From Azolla caroliniana (Eukaryota > Plantae > Polypodiophyta), in assembly GCA_043228905.1 (NCBI GenBank), contig JBHGNT010000001.1, positions 6,634,001 to 6,698,000 of the forward strand: a DNA stretch of 64,000 nucleotides, given 5' to 3'. The notes beneath the pieces are model-generated. The model was not told the DNA's origin. It saw only the letters and a list, made by a program, of their open reading frames with translations, and did no database searches. Each line of letters starts with the position of its first letter. Within the stretch, counting starts at the first letter, position 1. Below are positions 51,233 through 64,000 of this stretch, one piece after another. Both the position numbers and the translations under genes were made by a program.

Positions 51233-52217
51233 GGCTCGAAACTCGAGGCGCAATGGACGAAAAGTGAAAGCTCTGAAGAGAATTGAATATTGACACACAC
51301 TTTTTGAAACCGGAACCCCCTCCCTTCACCTCTCCCCCCAATAACCCAACGGAAAGCATGATAATGACTTCTCATAACGTTAGACGTCGATATGTGTATA
51401 TTGAAATTCGGCTTTTCGAATTCGAAACCCAAACTAGAAAAAAAGGTCAGGAAAGAACTACAATTATCAATAACCCCCCGGAAACCCCATTATGGTCCCA
51501 AAAGGATTCAAATAAACCTTAATGTGTGGGTTGTATAGAAGAAGGTAGTCTCTAAAAGAGAGCCAATGGAGCCTAAAAAGATTGATATAAACCCTAAATG
51601 TGTGGGTTGTAAAGAAGAAGTGTAGTACCATCTCTAAAAGAGGGGCCAATGGAGCCTAGAAGTCCAACGAGTTTGAGAAGCTAGAAGTACGGAGAACGAA
51701 GGGAAAATAAAGAGACACAGAGAGAGGGGGGTAAATTTTTTTTAAAAAAAAGACTGTGATTAATTAATTCCTGTTTCAGTTATCATGTGGTAATGTTACA
51801 GTTTAGAACTCGATGGAAAGGCGCAAAATGGTCTCTGAAGGACAGAATTCTGTTGCCTACATACATATGTATGTATATGTGCGTTATGTCTGTATATTTC
51901 TGAAAACGTGATTTTCAGGCTTAGTTAATGCGAGCATATATGTACATACATACATACATACATACTGCTACATCTCCCTCATTTTTAATGATTTTCAATG
52001 CCGATGAAATCGATTTGGCACTTGAGCTTCGCTTCGCATGTGCGACGCCAGAGACAAGAATGATGAGACATTCGTATCGCCCGCCCCACCACTCTGCAAA
52101 GAGATAAGACCAACATATGTACATACATATATGTACAGATTGGGCTGGAAGAACTATGGAAGAGCTTGATTTGAGACTCCCTGAGCGTCTACTGAAGCTC
52201 AGGGATGGGTCAACATG

Positions 52218-52261
<44 letters not shown>

Positions 52262-53337
52262 CTCTGAGTTCGATCCCTACTGTCATTTCTCGAAGAAAAG
52301 GATTACAGCTACAGGATGTATATTGATTGCGTTTGAACTCAATAGGCCACATAGCCTCTGCAGGGAACCTTAACGCAGGTGTTAGAGAGACAAAGATATA
52401 GCGCTAGCGATAACATATCGAAAGTCATGTAGCAGGAATGTAGAAACTTAGAAAGAGGTTTAATCAATCCAAATAACAACATGCTTAGATACTGAAATGG
52501 AGAGACCTAATAATAATTTCCAAGAAATGTGAAGGAAATTAAGACGGAATTAGGCAAAGAGGACTTGATTAGGGTAGAGAAGGTGGGTGTCATCAATTAG
52601 GAATTCATTGGCACGCGATGGATGTGTACATTGTTGATGATGTAATTAGGAAGTGGGGGGAGAGGATTAATTGGAAGGGCTAAATGAGAGGGACAAGTTA
52701 TTGATCATTTGATTGTATTTGGGGAAGGCGTGGATGATGTATGTAATTAAGGGGGGAGGGGAGAGATAAGGGTGTCATTAGAGAGGGGTTTCAGGATTAG
52801 CAAAACTTGCGACGTTAATTAATAACGACATCCCGAGACAGTCTTTTTTGATTCATTGAAATTTAATGGTGGCGCATTGTGTTTTGTTTTGTTTTTTTTC
52901 CCCGGGGGCTGCGAAGGAGAATGAATGTTATTGGTACACACACCACCAAATGTGTGTGTGTGTGTGGCCATGTTCATAATGTGTGCATAAGGTGTGTGGC
53001 CTATACATATACATATATATATGAATGAATGAATGAATGAAATATCAAATCCAAATCCAAATCCAAAGTAAGATGATGATGATGATGATGATGATGAAGA
53101 GAATGAACCTGCTAGGGCGTTGAGGAGGGTGGTTTTGCCGGAGCCGGAGGGGCCCATGATGGCGAGGAGGGTGCCGGGCTCCGCGTAGCCGGCGGCCGAC
53201 CGAAGCAAGAACCGCTTCCCGTGGCCTCCCTCGGCTCCCCCTTGCATTGTCACCGACAAATCGCGCCAACTCAACGTAACGCCTCCGCCTCCGCCTCCGC
53301 CTGCACCTCCCCCATCCCCCTCCTCCATCCTATCCAT
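45666..53337 (-). CDS. Half-size ABCG (WBC) transporter, ABCG11/ABCG12(CER5)-like, 663 aa
   Basis: Eleven phase-consistent GT-AG exons: 53337-53109, 50336-50254, 49340-49051, 48692-48521, 48161-48075, 47594-47445, 47353-47159, 47030-46944, 46766-46494, 46239-46132, 45983-45666 (1992 nt). Walker A GPSGSGKT, signature LSGGEKRR, Walker [42 protein letters not shown]. Confidence 0.95.
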
Positions 53338-53368
53338 CTCCTCTCCCTTACTTAGCTCACTCACTCAA

Positions 53369-53406
<38 letters not shown>

Positions 53407-55208
53407 TAAGTTTTAACTATATCATCATTGGCAACCCCCCGCCACATAAATAGGTATACCTTCCCCAATGGTTAGGTAGGTATATATATATATTAGTTCT
53501 TTTCACACTTTTTCTCCTCTTTTTGCAAATAGAACCCCCAAATTCTTTGCACATTATTCACCTCTCATGGTAAGTAGTCTCTCTCATTTCCCTATCAATT
53601 GGATACTACCAATTGATATGGCACACACGATCATCTTGCCTCGATCTCCCTGCCCCACCTCAATCAACTATGTATATTATATACATACTCTCTCTATCTT
53701 CTAATGAGTTTGTTTATATGTTGCCATCTTCCCATTTAGGCTTTCCTCCTTGATTTTACTGACTTACCCCTAGTTACCTAGTTAACAGTACTTGGGGAAA
53801 CTCACAATACTAGCAACCTAAGGTACAATTTGTTTATCCTAGGTATTTACAAAGGCCCATCTTAAACTCTACGACCCACCCCCTCTGGAGTCTCCTCAAT
53901 AAGAGAGTGAATAATTTGATGCAGCTTCTTGATTGTTGCAATGATAGAGGTTGCTTTATTAGCCTCTTTGGACCCAATTGCCATGACAATGTAAGGTATA
54001 CATATTCTCACAGAGATCGCACTTGTGCTCGTACGACAACTCATTACTTCTAGATAGACATGCTATGATCATGGTTGTTTATTTGTTTGTATAGCCGCCT
54101 CTTTGGGCCCCACCAAATGCATAAGGTATATTCCCTTATGTATCGTGCACATTCATACGTGCAAACCTTTAAACTTATCCCATCTTGTTTTAAATAATTA
54201 GCTATTAGCATGTCAATCTAATGTCTTGGATTCAAATCCTTTACCATTACACAACATTGTTACATTTTATAATACTTCTACATTGTGTATCATGTCGGTA
54301 TGCCAAACTAACAACTTCATAAGCTCCATATTCTTGAGAAAACCATCTCAATAGTGACCAAGTCAGCTCTCTCACATGCTCTCTTTTTTTGTACTATGCT
54401 CGAACATGATTTGGTCTACAATTCATACTTCTACTCTTGCTCACACAATCCTCTCTCTCTCTCTCTCTCTCTCGGCCATGTCATAAACTTATAAGTTACT
54501 TGTTTTTCTATGTACTAATATTCAATCACATTTATGTTATCTAAGTCTCTATAGGTCTTGTTTTTCTATGTAATAATATTCAACCACATGTATGTTTATG
54601 GAAGTCCCCTACATGTCGGTGATAGGTCTAAACTTTTTTCCAAAGTTGGGGATATAGATATTTTTTTATGCCTTTTCTTAGCTCTTGTAATTATAACACC
54701 TATCCAACAAAAACGAGTGTATCTACCGTAATAATGTGAATGGAGGAGGGCAAGAGAGAGAAAAAGACATTAACCGGAATTCATTAAATGTACATTACAT
54801 ACTATTTCAAAAACTGAAAAAAAGGGATACTCTCACAAACTAAAGTGTGGATGTATGCAGAGAGACAGAAAGACTAAAGTTTGTTGGTTATGTTACACTT
54901 GTTTGTCAACCCATGTAGTGTAGTATAATTAGTGGGTGACCATATGTACTCCTTTGTAAGTAGTGTTTTTCACACACATTTACTAATATAATTGTGTATT
55001 TTCACCAAGAGAGAGAGAGAGAGAGAGAGATGAAAATTTGATAGTCTAAAAGAAACTCGAGGTTGGGTTGGAAACAGATTCTAGAGAGGCTCAAAGAACC
55101 ACAAAGCATAGAAATTCAAAAGTAACTAGACAAAAAATGATATATTTTATTTCAAACACAAAGCCCGACATTAATCTCTTTTTTTTGGGCATGTATGATA
55201 TAATTTAA

Positions 55209-55253
<45 letters not shown>

Positions 55254-55649
55254 ATCATTCACTCACTCTCATATGATAGATATAGATTAATCTCTCTCCA
55301 TCTATCTCTCATACCTTCCCATTTCATGGTAAATCAACAATTAATGTGCTTGAGATATTAAAACTTCCCGCATTTGCTTTGATATATTGATAAGCATTAG
55401 AGGAACATGTAGAATTCATTTCTTAGTCGTGTAATTGCCCGAATTTTCTAAAGTTGTGTCAACAAAGAGATATTGTAGTACAAAACATATTGCCCAAATA
55501 AGTTGTCTCCCATTTGTAGGAGTGCATAAAAATATACATTATCCCAAATATGTTGTAGCCAAACCTAACCAACTTCATTTGTTGATATTTGTTGGCACTA
55601 TGTTTTGGGTTTGTTGGGTTGTCAAAGCTAATGATTGCATTGTCAATAG

Positions 55650-56005
55650 TTGTGTTTTATTAGTAAGGCACAAGAAGTTCTTGAAGAGCTTCCTACCCGA
55701 AATGTCATCTCTTGGAATGCACTACTTCCAGGATATGGCCAACAAGGGCAATGTTATGTATGTATGTCAAATGTGGGATGGTTGCAAAAGTAGAGAAAAT
55801 GCTGAAAGGGCTTCCTAATCGAAATATTGTCTCTTGGAACGTTCTCATTGCTGGGTATACTAACTTCTAAGCATAATCAAGTTTATGAAGCTTTAGTTCC
55901 TTCAAGCAAATGCAAAATGAGGGCCTTTCCCCATACATTATCACCTTTATATGCATCTTGAAGGCTTGTGGTAGCTCAAGAGATATAGAAAAAGGTAACA
56001 GTATA
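55650..56005 (+). pseudogene. PPR (PLS) pseudogene fragment
   Basis: Frame-broken motifs RNVISWNALLPGYGQQG, LPNRNIVSWNVLIAGY and FKQMQNEGLSPYIITFICILKACGS. Confidence 0.8.
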
Positions 56006-57569
56006 TGCAATATTCATTGTAATAGTGGACTATTTTAATAACGATGGAGGATATTTTTTATGGAAAAAAGAAATAATGTGAAATTTTAACATATGTTTTT
56101 TTTTTTCTTTCCAAAAAACACTACTTCGCATTAGTTAGCAAATAGAATACAACAGAGTTTACCCGAATCCACAGTGGGATCAACATATACAACTCGGAGG
56201 AACAACTCAAAAACTATCAAACAAAAACAACAAAAACTCACATGACCCTTAACTCTAACAAAATTGAAATAAACCCCATTTTACCCCGACTCTACATCTC
56301 CCAACTAACTGTTTTATAGCAAAGTTATCCGGGTAACAAGACTATACTAACCCACTTTTGCTTCAGCTTTGAAAGAAGTTGTGGTGTATGGAAATGCTTG
56401 AATTTAATGTCTTCTAATAAAAATAACATGCATGTATTAAAATTTATATTAAAAACTAAATACAATTTATTAATCACGACGTAGTCAAAGTCGTAACTTG
56501 CGGTTGGTTATTTTAAAGCATGGATAACAAGATTATACTACAAAGTGAATGATATGTATGTATGTTAGAAGTGGAAAAACATCATGCCTACACACCTTTT
56601 TACCTAAAAACTATCCCCTCTTAATGGGCCCAAACTTAACGAGTGGGCAAAATTCAAATCCAACTTGAGATAAAAACTCATTTGGTTTTTAATGTGCAAC
56701 CAAATTGCAGCATAACATGCGCACACAATGAAATGCCCATATATACATTGGTTGCACAAAACTCATGTGGTTTTTAATGTGCAACCAAATTGCCGTGAGA
56801 CTAAAAGTTGTGTTGATTACCAAATAATCAGAATGAAATGGTGAGGTCAATTGGACGTTGCAAACTTGCAAGATTGATGATATATCTAAGTTGTACAATT
56901 CAGTCAAAGGCACCACAATATCATGTGATCCACTAGTATGATTTTGACCTTAAATTTTAATTTGTCTCCTGTAATCCATTGGCATCACTAATCATGATGA
57001 CAACAAGTTATAGACTTATTGGGCACACAAAATAAAATGAGTGTTGAATATGTACATGTGCTTATAAACACACCACGTACTATAACAATTGACAATAAAC
57101 TATTTCGTTGTAGATGCAATATCGTTAAAGAGGGGAAAAAAACATAAGAACATGGAGAACCTTTTTATTCATGTCATAATATTTTAGTGTAGTCTTACAT
57201 TATAGAAAAGGAAGAAAATAGAGGAAAAGTATATAAAGATCCACATGTGCTCGAAATAAATGTTCTAGTTTTCAATTATTTTGTTTTGCTCATTTTTAAT
57301 TATTTGGATATTGAATTTTTATGCTCTCAAGCTTTAACGCCTTTCTTTTGTCTTGCTAATATAAAAATTATAACTACTATTTTCCTTCTCTAGACCTAGA
57401 AAATAGCATAAAATATAGTATGTACATAAAGGCCTTTCGTATTCTAGTTTTTTATGCCAATACATGACATCCCAATGCATGCCATCTCTTTTGCATCTCA
57501 CAATGCTAAATCCAATTTACAAAAATGCTACTATTTGATGTGGAGTTGAAAAACAATACAATATTGTAT

Positions 57570-58572
57570 TAAAGCGGAGCAGCAGAGGCATAATATTGGA
57601 AGATAGCCTTACGAACGGAGGCAGGCAGGCATGCAGCGGCCTCCGGGGAAGAGTGTTAACAGAAGAGTGGAGGAGCAGCAGAGCAGCTACCGCCACACAA
57701 CAGAACGAAGCAAGTGCAGGGGCAGGAGTTGAATCGCGCAAAGCTGAATGTGAAGCTCAACTCAACACAGCTTTCCGAAGGGCGGTGGTCTCCATAGCCC
57801 CCCCCTCGCCACCGCCGTCGCTGTGTAGAGTCGTTAGGGTTACAGTGGGTTTGAGGAGTACTTTCGAAGAGTGGGTTCGAGAGTGGTTGTGATGGAAAAC
57901 ATGCCTCCGATCAAGAGCGTCCGGGGTTTGGGGAAAAATTTCTTCCACATTGAATTGGGTGATGGCGCGCTGGCGCAACCATTGGTAGAGCTCAAGGTAC
58001 TTGAATTGAAGTACGGTAAGGTGTTGCTCCAGCCGTGGTCACCAGGGTTCAATCCAATTGAGGAGTTGCGGAAACTTAACAATCCTAGGGTGATCACCGT
58101 AACATTTCCTGGCCTCCCTCCCCACTTGTGCCATTTGCTTCCTTTTTTTGGCGAACAAATAGGGACGATTTGCCCTAAAAAAATGTCCATGGCAGATACA
58201 ATGGCGGAGGTGCCCAAGCTACGCATCTTAGTGCCTTCCCTCCATGGACTTCCAACAAGAATTAGGCTCTACTCTGAGGAGATAGGTCTCACAATGGTGA
58301 ATGTGGTATATGAGGAACTCCTTGGGCAATGTTTCATCTGCAAACAGAAAGGGCACCTAGCTAAGGAATGTCCTCGTAAGACTGGAAAGGGAAGCTCGGG
58401 ACCTCGAACCTCACCACCCAAGGGCAACGAGGCTCCTTGGCACCCCGTTAAGAAGCAGGGGAAACTTCGAAGCCTAGGTGCAACCTCCTCCCCCCCCTTT
58501 CAAGACTGTCCCGTAGAAATAAGTTATTCTACTTTGTCACCAGCAAGTGTGGACGAACAACCCTTGAAACGG
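57570..58572 (+). mobile_element. L1 LINE ORF1 fragment (DUF4283-like + CCHC knuckle), truncated by the LTR insertion
   Basis: VRGLGKNFFHIEL, LLQPWSPGFNP, TVTFPGLP and CFICKQKGHLAKEC. The frame runs into the LTR at 58573. Confidence 0.8.
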
Positions 58573-58639
58573 TGTCGCGTTATTACGTGCGTACGTGTGG
58601 AAAGGGGCGGGACCACGGGGGTCTTGGACCGAGGAGCGC

Positions 58640-58699
<60 letters not shown>

Positions 58700-59238
58700 C
58701 ACCAACACGAAAAGCGAGAAGGAAAGAGATAGAATCGTAACACTTAATTATAATGGCAAGATATTATAATCCATGACAGTTACAACCGACGTGGCGGCGA
58801 CGGACCCGACACGGGGACCCTACTCACGCACACCGACAACAGTCACCCGACTCCAAGAAACAAAGGGGGAAAAGGGTGCGACTCTGTTGGAAGCACACGG
58901 GCTGTCCATGAAGCAGAGGCAGCGTCCTCCCACAGGCGGCGACGGACCCCACAGAGAACGACGGCTCCAGGAGTAGAGATAGAGCTCGGCTTCTCTTCTG
59001 TAGCAGCGCTTTCTTTCTTTCTTTCTCCCTCGCGCGCGATATCCTTTTCTTTCTCCTCTTGCCTTTTATTCCATGTCCCCCTTTGGGATACGCACAATCC
59101 CCTCTAATAAATGCGTGTGGCTTAGTAGTCACATCCACCAGTTCGCGTACAAAGTATCTAGTCACGCGTCCATCCGTGTAGGGGCCGGTTTACGCGCTTT
59201 CTCTCCGATTCCGCCTATGGCCGGTTTTCTTCACGACA
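58573..59238 (-). repeat. 3' LTR (666 bp) containing an (AG)n tract
   Basis: Bounded by TGTCGCG (58573) and CACGACA (59238), adjacent to the PPT. (AG)n at ~58642-58696. Flanking 5-mer AACGG is the candidate TSD. Confidence 0.88.
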
Positions 59239-62200
59239 TCCACCCCCACCAAACCGCGCATCCACTGGTATGCGCCAGAGACGGGTAGACATCGAAGAAA
59301 CCCGGCCTCACTTGTTGCTCTCCGTTTCTCCGCCGGACCCGAACTGATCGTCATTGTCACTCCCGCTCGCAGGCTCCGGCTCGTCTTTCGAACCGCTTTT
59401 TGAAAGCTTTGATCCGCTTTCCGGCCACTGGCACCGCTAACCGTGTCCCGTCAAGTTCCGCGAGGTGGTACGTGTCGTTGCCGTTCGCGCTCGTCACCAT
59501 GTAGGGCCCGAACCATCTCCTAGCAAACTCTCGCACCGCCTTGTGCTGATTGTCGAGGCTGCTGTCGTATACCAAGACCCAATCGCCTTCCTCGATCTTC
59601 TTTGGTCGCAACTGGTGCGTCCGGTTGAACCGGGTCTTGTTACGCTCCCTCGCTGCTCGCAGCTTTTCCTTCGCCTGTATCACGTCCTCCGGCCTCCGCT
59701 TGAGTTGCCGAATCCGCGCCGCCAGCAACTCCACCCGGCTCATTTCGTCCTTCCAATCTACCGCCGCCCACGAAGAAACCGTCCGTTCCACCGGCATGAT
59801 CGGCTTTTGTCCGTACATTAGATCCGCCGGCATAAACCCTGTCAATGAACTGTGCGTAGTCCGGTCCGCCCATAGTGCATAAGGAAGGAGTCGCGGCCAA
59901 TTCCCAACCTGCCCACCGCATGCACGCACCAACGCCTTTACAATCAGTCCGTGCCCACGTTCCACCTTTCCGTTCGCCTCCGGATTGTACGCTGTGGCGA
60001 GGGAGAGTTTGACGCCTAGCCGATCGAATAGCTCCTCGGCCTCCTGCGCATCTAGCTCTCCCTGGTCCGCCACGATCCTCCCGACGCACCCGTATCGACA
60101 CACTACTTCTTCGATCAGGAACCGGCATACCGCCGCGGTTGTCTTGCTTTGCAGTGCATGGCCTTCCACCTGGTTTGTTAAGTCTTCCCGTGCAAGCACC
60201 AGGTATCGCATCTGTCCTACCCCCATCGGCATCGTCACCAAGTCCACCATCCACTTGAAATGGACCGTAGGCGGGTAGGTCGGGTGTAGCTCGTCCCGGT
60301 GTCGGACTATGGAGTGCATCTAACAGCTCTCGCAAGTCGTTATGAACCGATGCACGTCCTGGTACAACCCCGCCACCAGTACTTCTCCTTCAGCTTCTTG
60401 AAAGTGGCCCACGTTCCGCGGTGTCCGGCCCAGGGGCTCTCGTGAAATGCCATCAGTAGTTTCCCCTGTTTTTCTTTCTTTGCCACTACTCAGAGTGGAA
60501 TGCCGCTTCTCTTCTTTGGGTGCCTCCATATGCACCCGTCTTGCAGGAAGAATCGGTACGCCTTCCTCCGTATTCGGCTCGCCTCCTCTCTCGCCCATAC
60601 TGCGTCCGACGTCATCGTCCGTAGGAACCTCCCGATTTGGAGCCACTCCCCATCGTACCTACTTTCGTCAAATTCGTTAAGCGCCGGAGTGTTCCCTTTC
60701 CTCGTCGTTACGTTAGCCGACCCAAAGAAGTCCTCGCCGACTTCTTCGTCTTCCGAAACCATGTCGTCTTCGTCGTTGAACCTTGCCCTCGAAAGCATGT
60801 TGGCCATGGCGTTGTCCTTTCCAGAGATGTGCCGTATCTGCGGGTTCAAGGACTTAATGTACGCTATCCACCGGAGCATTGCTAGGTCCGGCGTCGCGCA
60901 TCCGGAAACCATGCCGAGTATCGGCAGGCAGTCCATCTCGATAATCACCTCTGTCCCGATCAGATAATCCTTGTCGGCCTTGACCGCCGAAACGACACCC
61001 CAAAGCTCGCGCTTAATTTGGGCGTACCCTCACTGCCGCTCGCTCAATACCTTCGCCCCGAACCGGATTGGGAATCGTGCGCCGCCCTTGCCCTCCTGAT
61101 TGATTACCCACCCGATCCCGGTCGGGCTGGTGTCCACCGTTACGCAGATGGGAACATCCTTGCCGTAGACCGCTTTACGGAGAGCCGGCGCTGCCGTAAG
61201 CGCCTCCTTTAGTCTCCGAACCGACTCCGTGTGCTCCGTCCTCCATTCAAAGCTACGCCCCTTTTTCAATAGTCTGTAGAGGGGTTCTGCGACATGTGCG
61301 TAGTGCGGGATCCAGATATGGTAGAACGTGCATGCCCCCAAGAATCTGCGGACCTCCGTGACCGACCCGCAAACGTTCCTCATCGCGGAGATGGCCTCTA
61401 CCTTTGCTGGAGACGGTTTTCTACCGTAAGGCCTGCACAGGTGCTCGACCACCAAGATTTCCGGCTATCCGAAGGCCGACTTTTCCTCGGAGAAGGTGAG
61501 CCTCGCGCGCTCTAGTCTCTGCAGCACCTTCTCGCAGTCATCGATGTGGGACGCCACGAAATTCCGACATCCGTCCGGCCCGATTGCCTCGTCCCTTTTT
61601 TCCACCGGGCATCCCTTGATCGGGATGTCGTCTAAGAACGGCATGGTGATGTCCGGGATACAATCCCTGAGCACTTTGTTCATCGCGTTCACCATGTGAG
61701 CCACTGAGTTCGTCCCTCCTTGTGGCAGGGTACACATTCGCACTAGGCCGAGAGGAGTCCGCATCGTCGTAATGTCTCTGCTCTCCACGGCTAGTTGGAA
61801 CTGATCGTACCCCGAGTACAGATCACCGACAGAATAGATCGACCTTCCAGCGAAGGCCTCCGCGAACTCATCTATGGTCGGTCCGATCCCTGCATTACGA
61901 ATGGTCACCTTGTTGACCGGTTGTAGGTCCTGGATGAAGCACAACATGCCTTTCCTCTTCGGCACCGTAAACCACCGATTCGAATACGGGGCACTCGACG
62001 GTTCGAGGATGCCCATCTCCACCTTTTGCTTTAGGAGCTCCATCAACTTCGGGATGTGAGCTCTTGGCACCGGAATCGGCTTGAGATTCCATGGTACATG
62101 CGGTACCGTGAAGATCACCATCGGTTCGACAACTATCGGGTCTACGCACCCGATCTCCTCTGGTGTGAATGCAAAAGCCTTCCCGTGCCTTCCGAGCATT

Positions 62201-64000
62201 CTCCGAAACCGGTCCTCCTCCACCGGCAGTAGGAAGCCGCCCCCACCGACCTTGAGCTCCCGTAGCGTTATGTCGGTGAACCGGTGCCCTATGCCAGCCG
62301 GATTTCGTAAACTTGGGTTCGACGCAACCCCTTTTATCCGCTCCTCGCTACCCTCCGGCAAGGGTGCCGCGACTGGCCTCACCTTCCGGTCCACAGTCTT
62401 GTATTTCGTAGCCACGCGGGCCTCCCGATCCTTTCCCCAAAGTCTGCGATGACTTCGTATATTCCTATTGACCCCACCGGAACGGTCCGGTCTTCTCTAA
62501 GGTCTTCATTGATCACCTTTCGTAGTTCGCCCAAGGTGTCGTCAAAAGAGACCGCCTCCACGACGCCGCTGATGCCCTCGTCGGGGAAGAGGACTCTGCA
62601 TCCCCTGAGCCGCTCCTTCGCTCGCTTCCTCTCCCTGTTGCTAACGTTGGTTATAGTACAACCTCCGCTGTCGGAGAACCAAAATTTCCTACCTATGGCA
62701 CAGGTCTTCTTCCGTACTGTACATTTGTGGGGTTCTTCCCGGGTGTCCGGACTATCGCGGCCCCACGCCTTGACAACCCTCTCTAAAAATCCCCTCGGGT
62801 TTCGCTGCCGAGGGCCTCGTGGTTACGCTCGTGGTTTGGTCGCACCGTTAGGAACTGGACTGAGTGATGCCCGTCCTGGCTCTTGACTCTTGCATAGGCT
62901 AAACCGTTGTCCAGCACCTTGGTCTCCATCCGTGCCGCCGTGATATATGGTTCTCCCAGTATAACCGGATGCGAGGACGTCTCCTGCACGAAGAAGTGCT
63001 GGTCGATCTTGACATTGCCGATTTTCACCCGTACGTTCGGACAGGCCCCATGTAGTTCTTCCGTGGCGCGCGTCGCTGCCCGTATCTTCCAGCCATGCTT
63101 GGTGTTGATCGGCCATTTACCCTTCTTGTAGAAATCCATGGACATCAGGTTGATTTCGGATCCATGGTCTACCAACACCACCACTGGTTCCAGAACGTTG
63201 CCGATCCGTACTGGGGTTTCCGTATTCGTCCTGGCCCAATGCGGCTTTGTGTAGTGGCTTCCCGCCAGCTCATCTTCTAGGGCCCCGTCTTCCAGGTGCG
63301 TGGTCCGCACTTCCACCGGCTTCTCCGGTTCCGGCTCCGTCGAAAACCTCTTCCGTTTCACAAAGTCTACGATCGAGTCGTGGAACTCCCTCTTGGCGAT
63401 TCCCAGCACCTCCCGCAATGACAACTCCACTTTACTGTCGAGGATTCGCTCTTCAAGGACCTTCCGTAGGTCCGTTGCTCTCTCGATTTCGGTGCTCAAC
63501 TGAAACCCCGCCTGCTTCTTCCCATCCGGCACGCCTGGGTTGACGGCACCGGCCGGTTTCGGCCCGAATCGGGTCTCATACCTCGGGGGCCCAACCCCTC
63601 CAACCTTTCCTGCCCGTTTGTCCTCCACCAGAACCTCGTAGTTCTGGCAAGTGGCTTCTACGAAGCCCATTTTCTCTTCCACCGGATCGTCCCAACCGGT
63701 GACCTCTTGGACCCGCTGTTTCACGCGGTCCGCCTCTTCCTTCCTCAACCGAACTCCGGAGAGGCCTTCTAGCACTAGCGGCCAGAATCCGGAGTCCTTC
63801 GCCTTCCGGGTCTCATCACCCCCCACCCGAATTCCCGCCGACACTGAGTAGTTAATGGCTTCGACGTGTAGTGCCACGGCCTCTTCCATCAACCTCTTCA
63901 TTCCGCCGCGCCCCGTATTCAGTTCCAGGGCTCTCCGGGTCTCGCTCGCATGCACCTGCCCGTTCCAGAGGTACTCTACGTTGGTTCTGAGCGCGTCGGC
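58573..64000 (-). mobile_element. GC-rich non-chromovirus Ty3/gypsy retrotransposon (Phygy/Ylt1-like), 3' part; 5' end lies outside the window
   Basis: Gag-PR ORF >63955-62783 (VLVDHGSEINLMS). RT 62415-61465 (DLYSGYDQF, FLDDIPIKG). RH (VDTSPTGIG; LRWIAYI...SGKDNAMANMLSR). IN 60319-59357 (VDLVTMP, YNPEANGKVERGH, WFGPY). PPT GGTGGGGGTGGA at 59250-59239. Several frameshifts and stops. Confidence 0.93.

Noticed and set aside
59465-63851. Numerous long antisense ORFs over the gypsy pol region
   Set aside because: Expected shadow ORFs of GC-rich coding sequence.

Overview
AT-rich, microsatellite-rich nuclear DNA of a land plant, probably a non-seed plant such as a fern (inferred from the PLS-type PPR style and the Tcn1-like and Phygy/Ylt1-like retrotransposons). 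Host genes: the first two exons of a CER1/CER3-family wax gene (minus, runs off the left edge), a six-exon C2/CaLB protein with a Tyr/Pro repeat tail, a single-exon PLS-E PPR protein, a single-exon 202-aa protein of unknown function, and an 11-exon half-size ABCG (ABCG11/CER5-like) transporter. There is also an intron-containing tRNA-Tyr pseudogene and a PPR pseudogene fragment. Intergenic DNA is nested transposons: a hAT-like MITE, an L1 LINE split by a full-length Tcn1-like chromovirus, an RTEX-like LINE, a copia relic split by a truncated L1, and a GC-rich Ty3/gypsy at the right edge. The most notable signal is a ~2 kb non-coding, partially tandem-duplicated element inserted in the RTEX-like LINE. 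It carries a type I minimal hammerhead ribozyme (21869-21926, minus) with a palindromic stem III, plus three evenly spaced hairpins, which suggests a retrozyme or non-autonomous Penelope-like element. Other hidden signals are a Tf1-type self-priming site in the chromovirus, a GGAUUUU/pseudoknot -1 frameshift cassette after the protease of the right-hand gypsy, twin ERSE motifs upstream of the unknown gene, and linkage of a wax-synthesis gene with a wax-export-type ABCG. All calls were made by eye; no database searches or folding programs were run.
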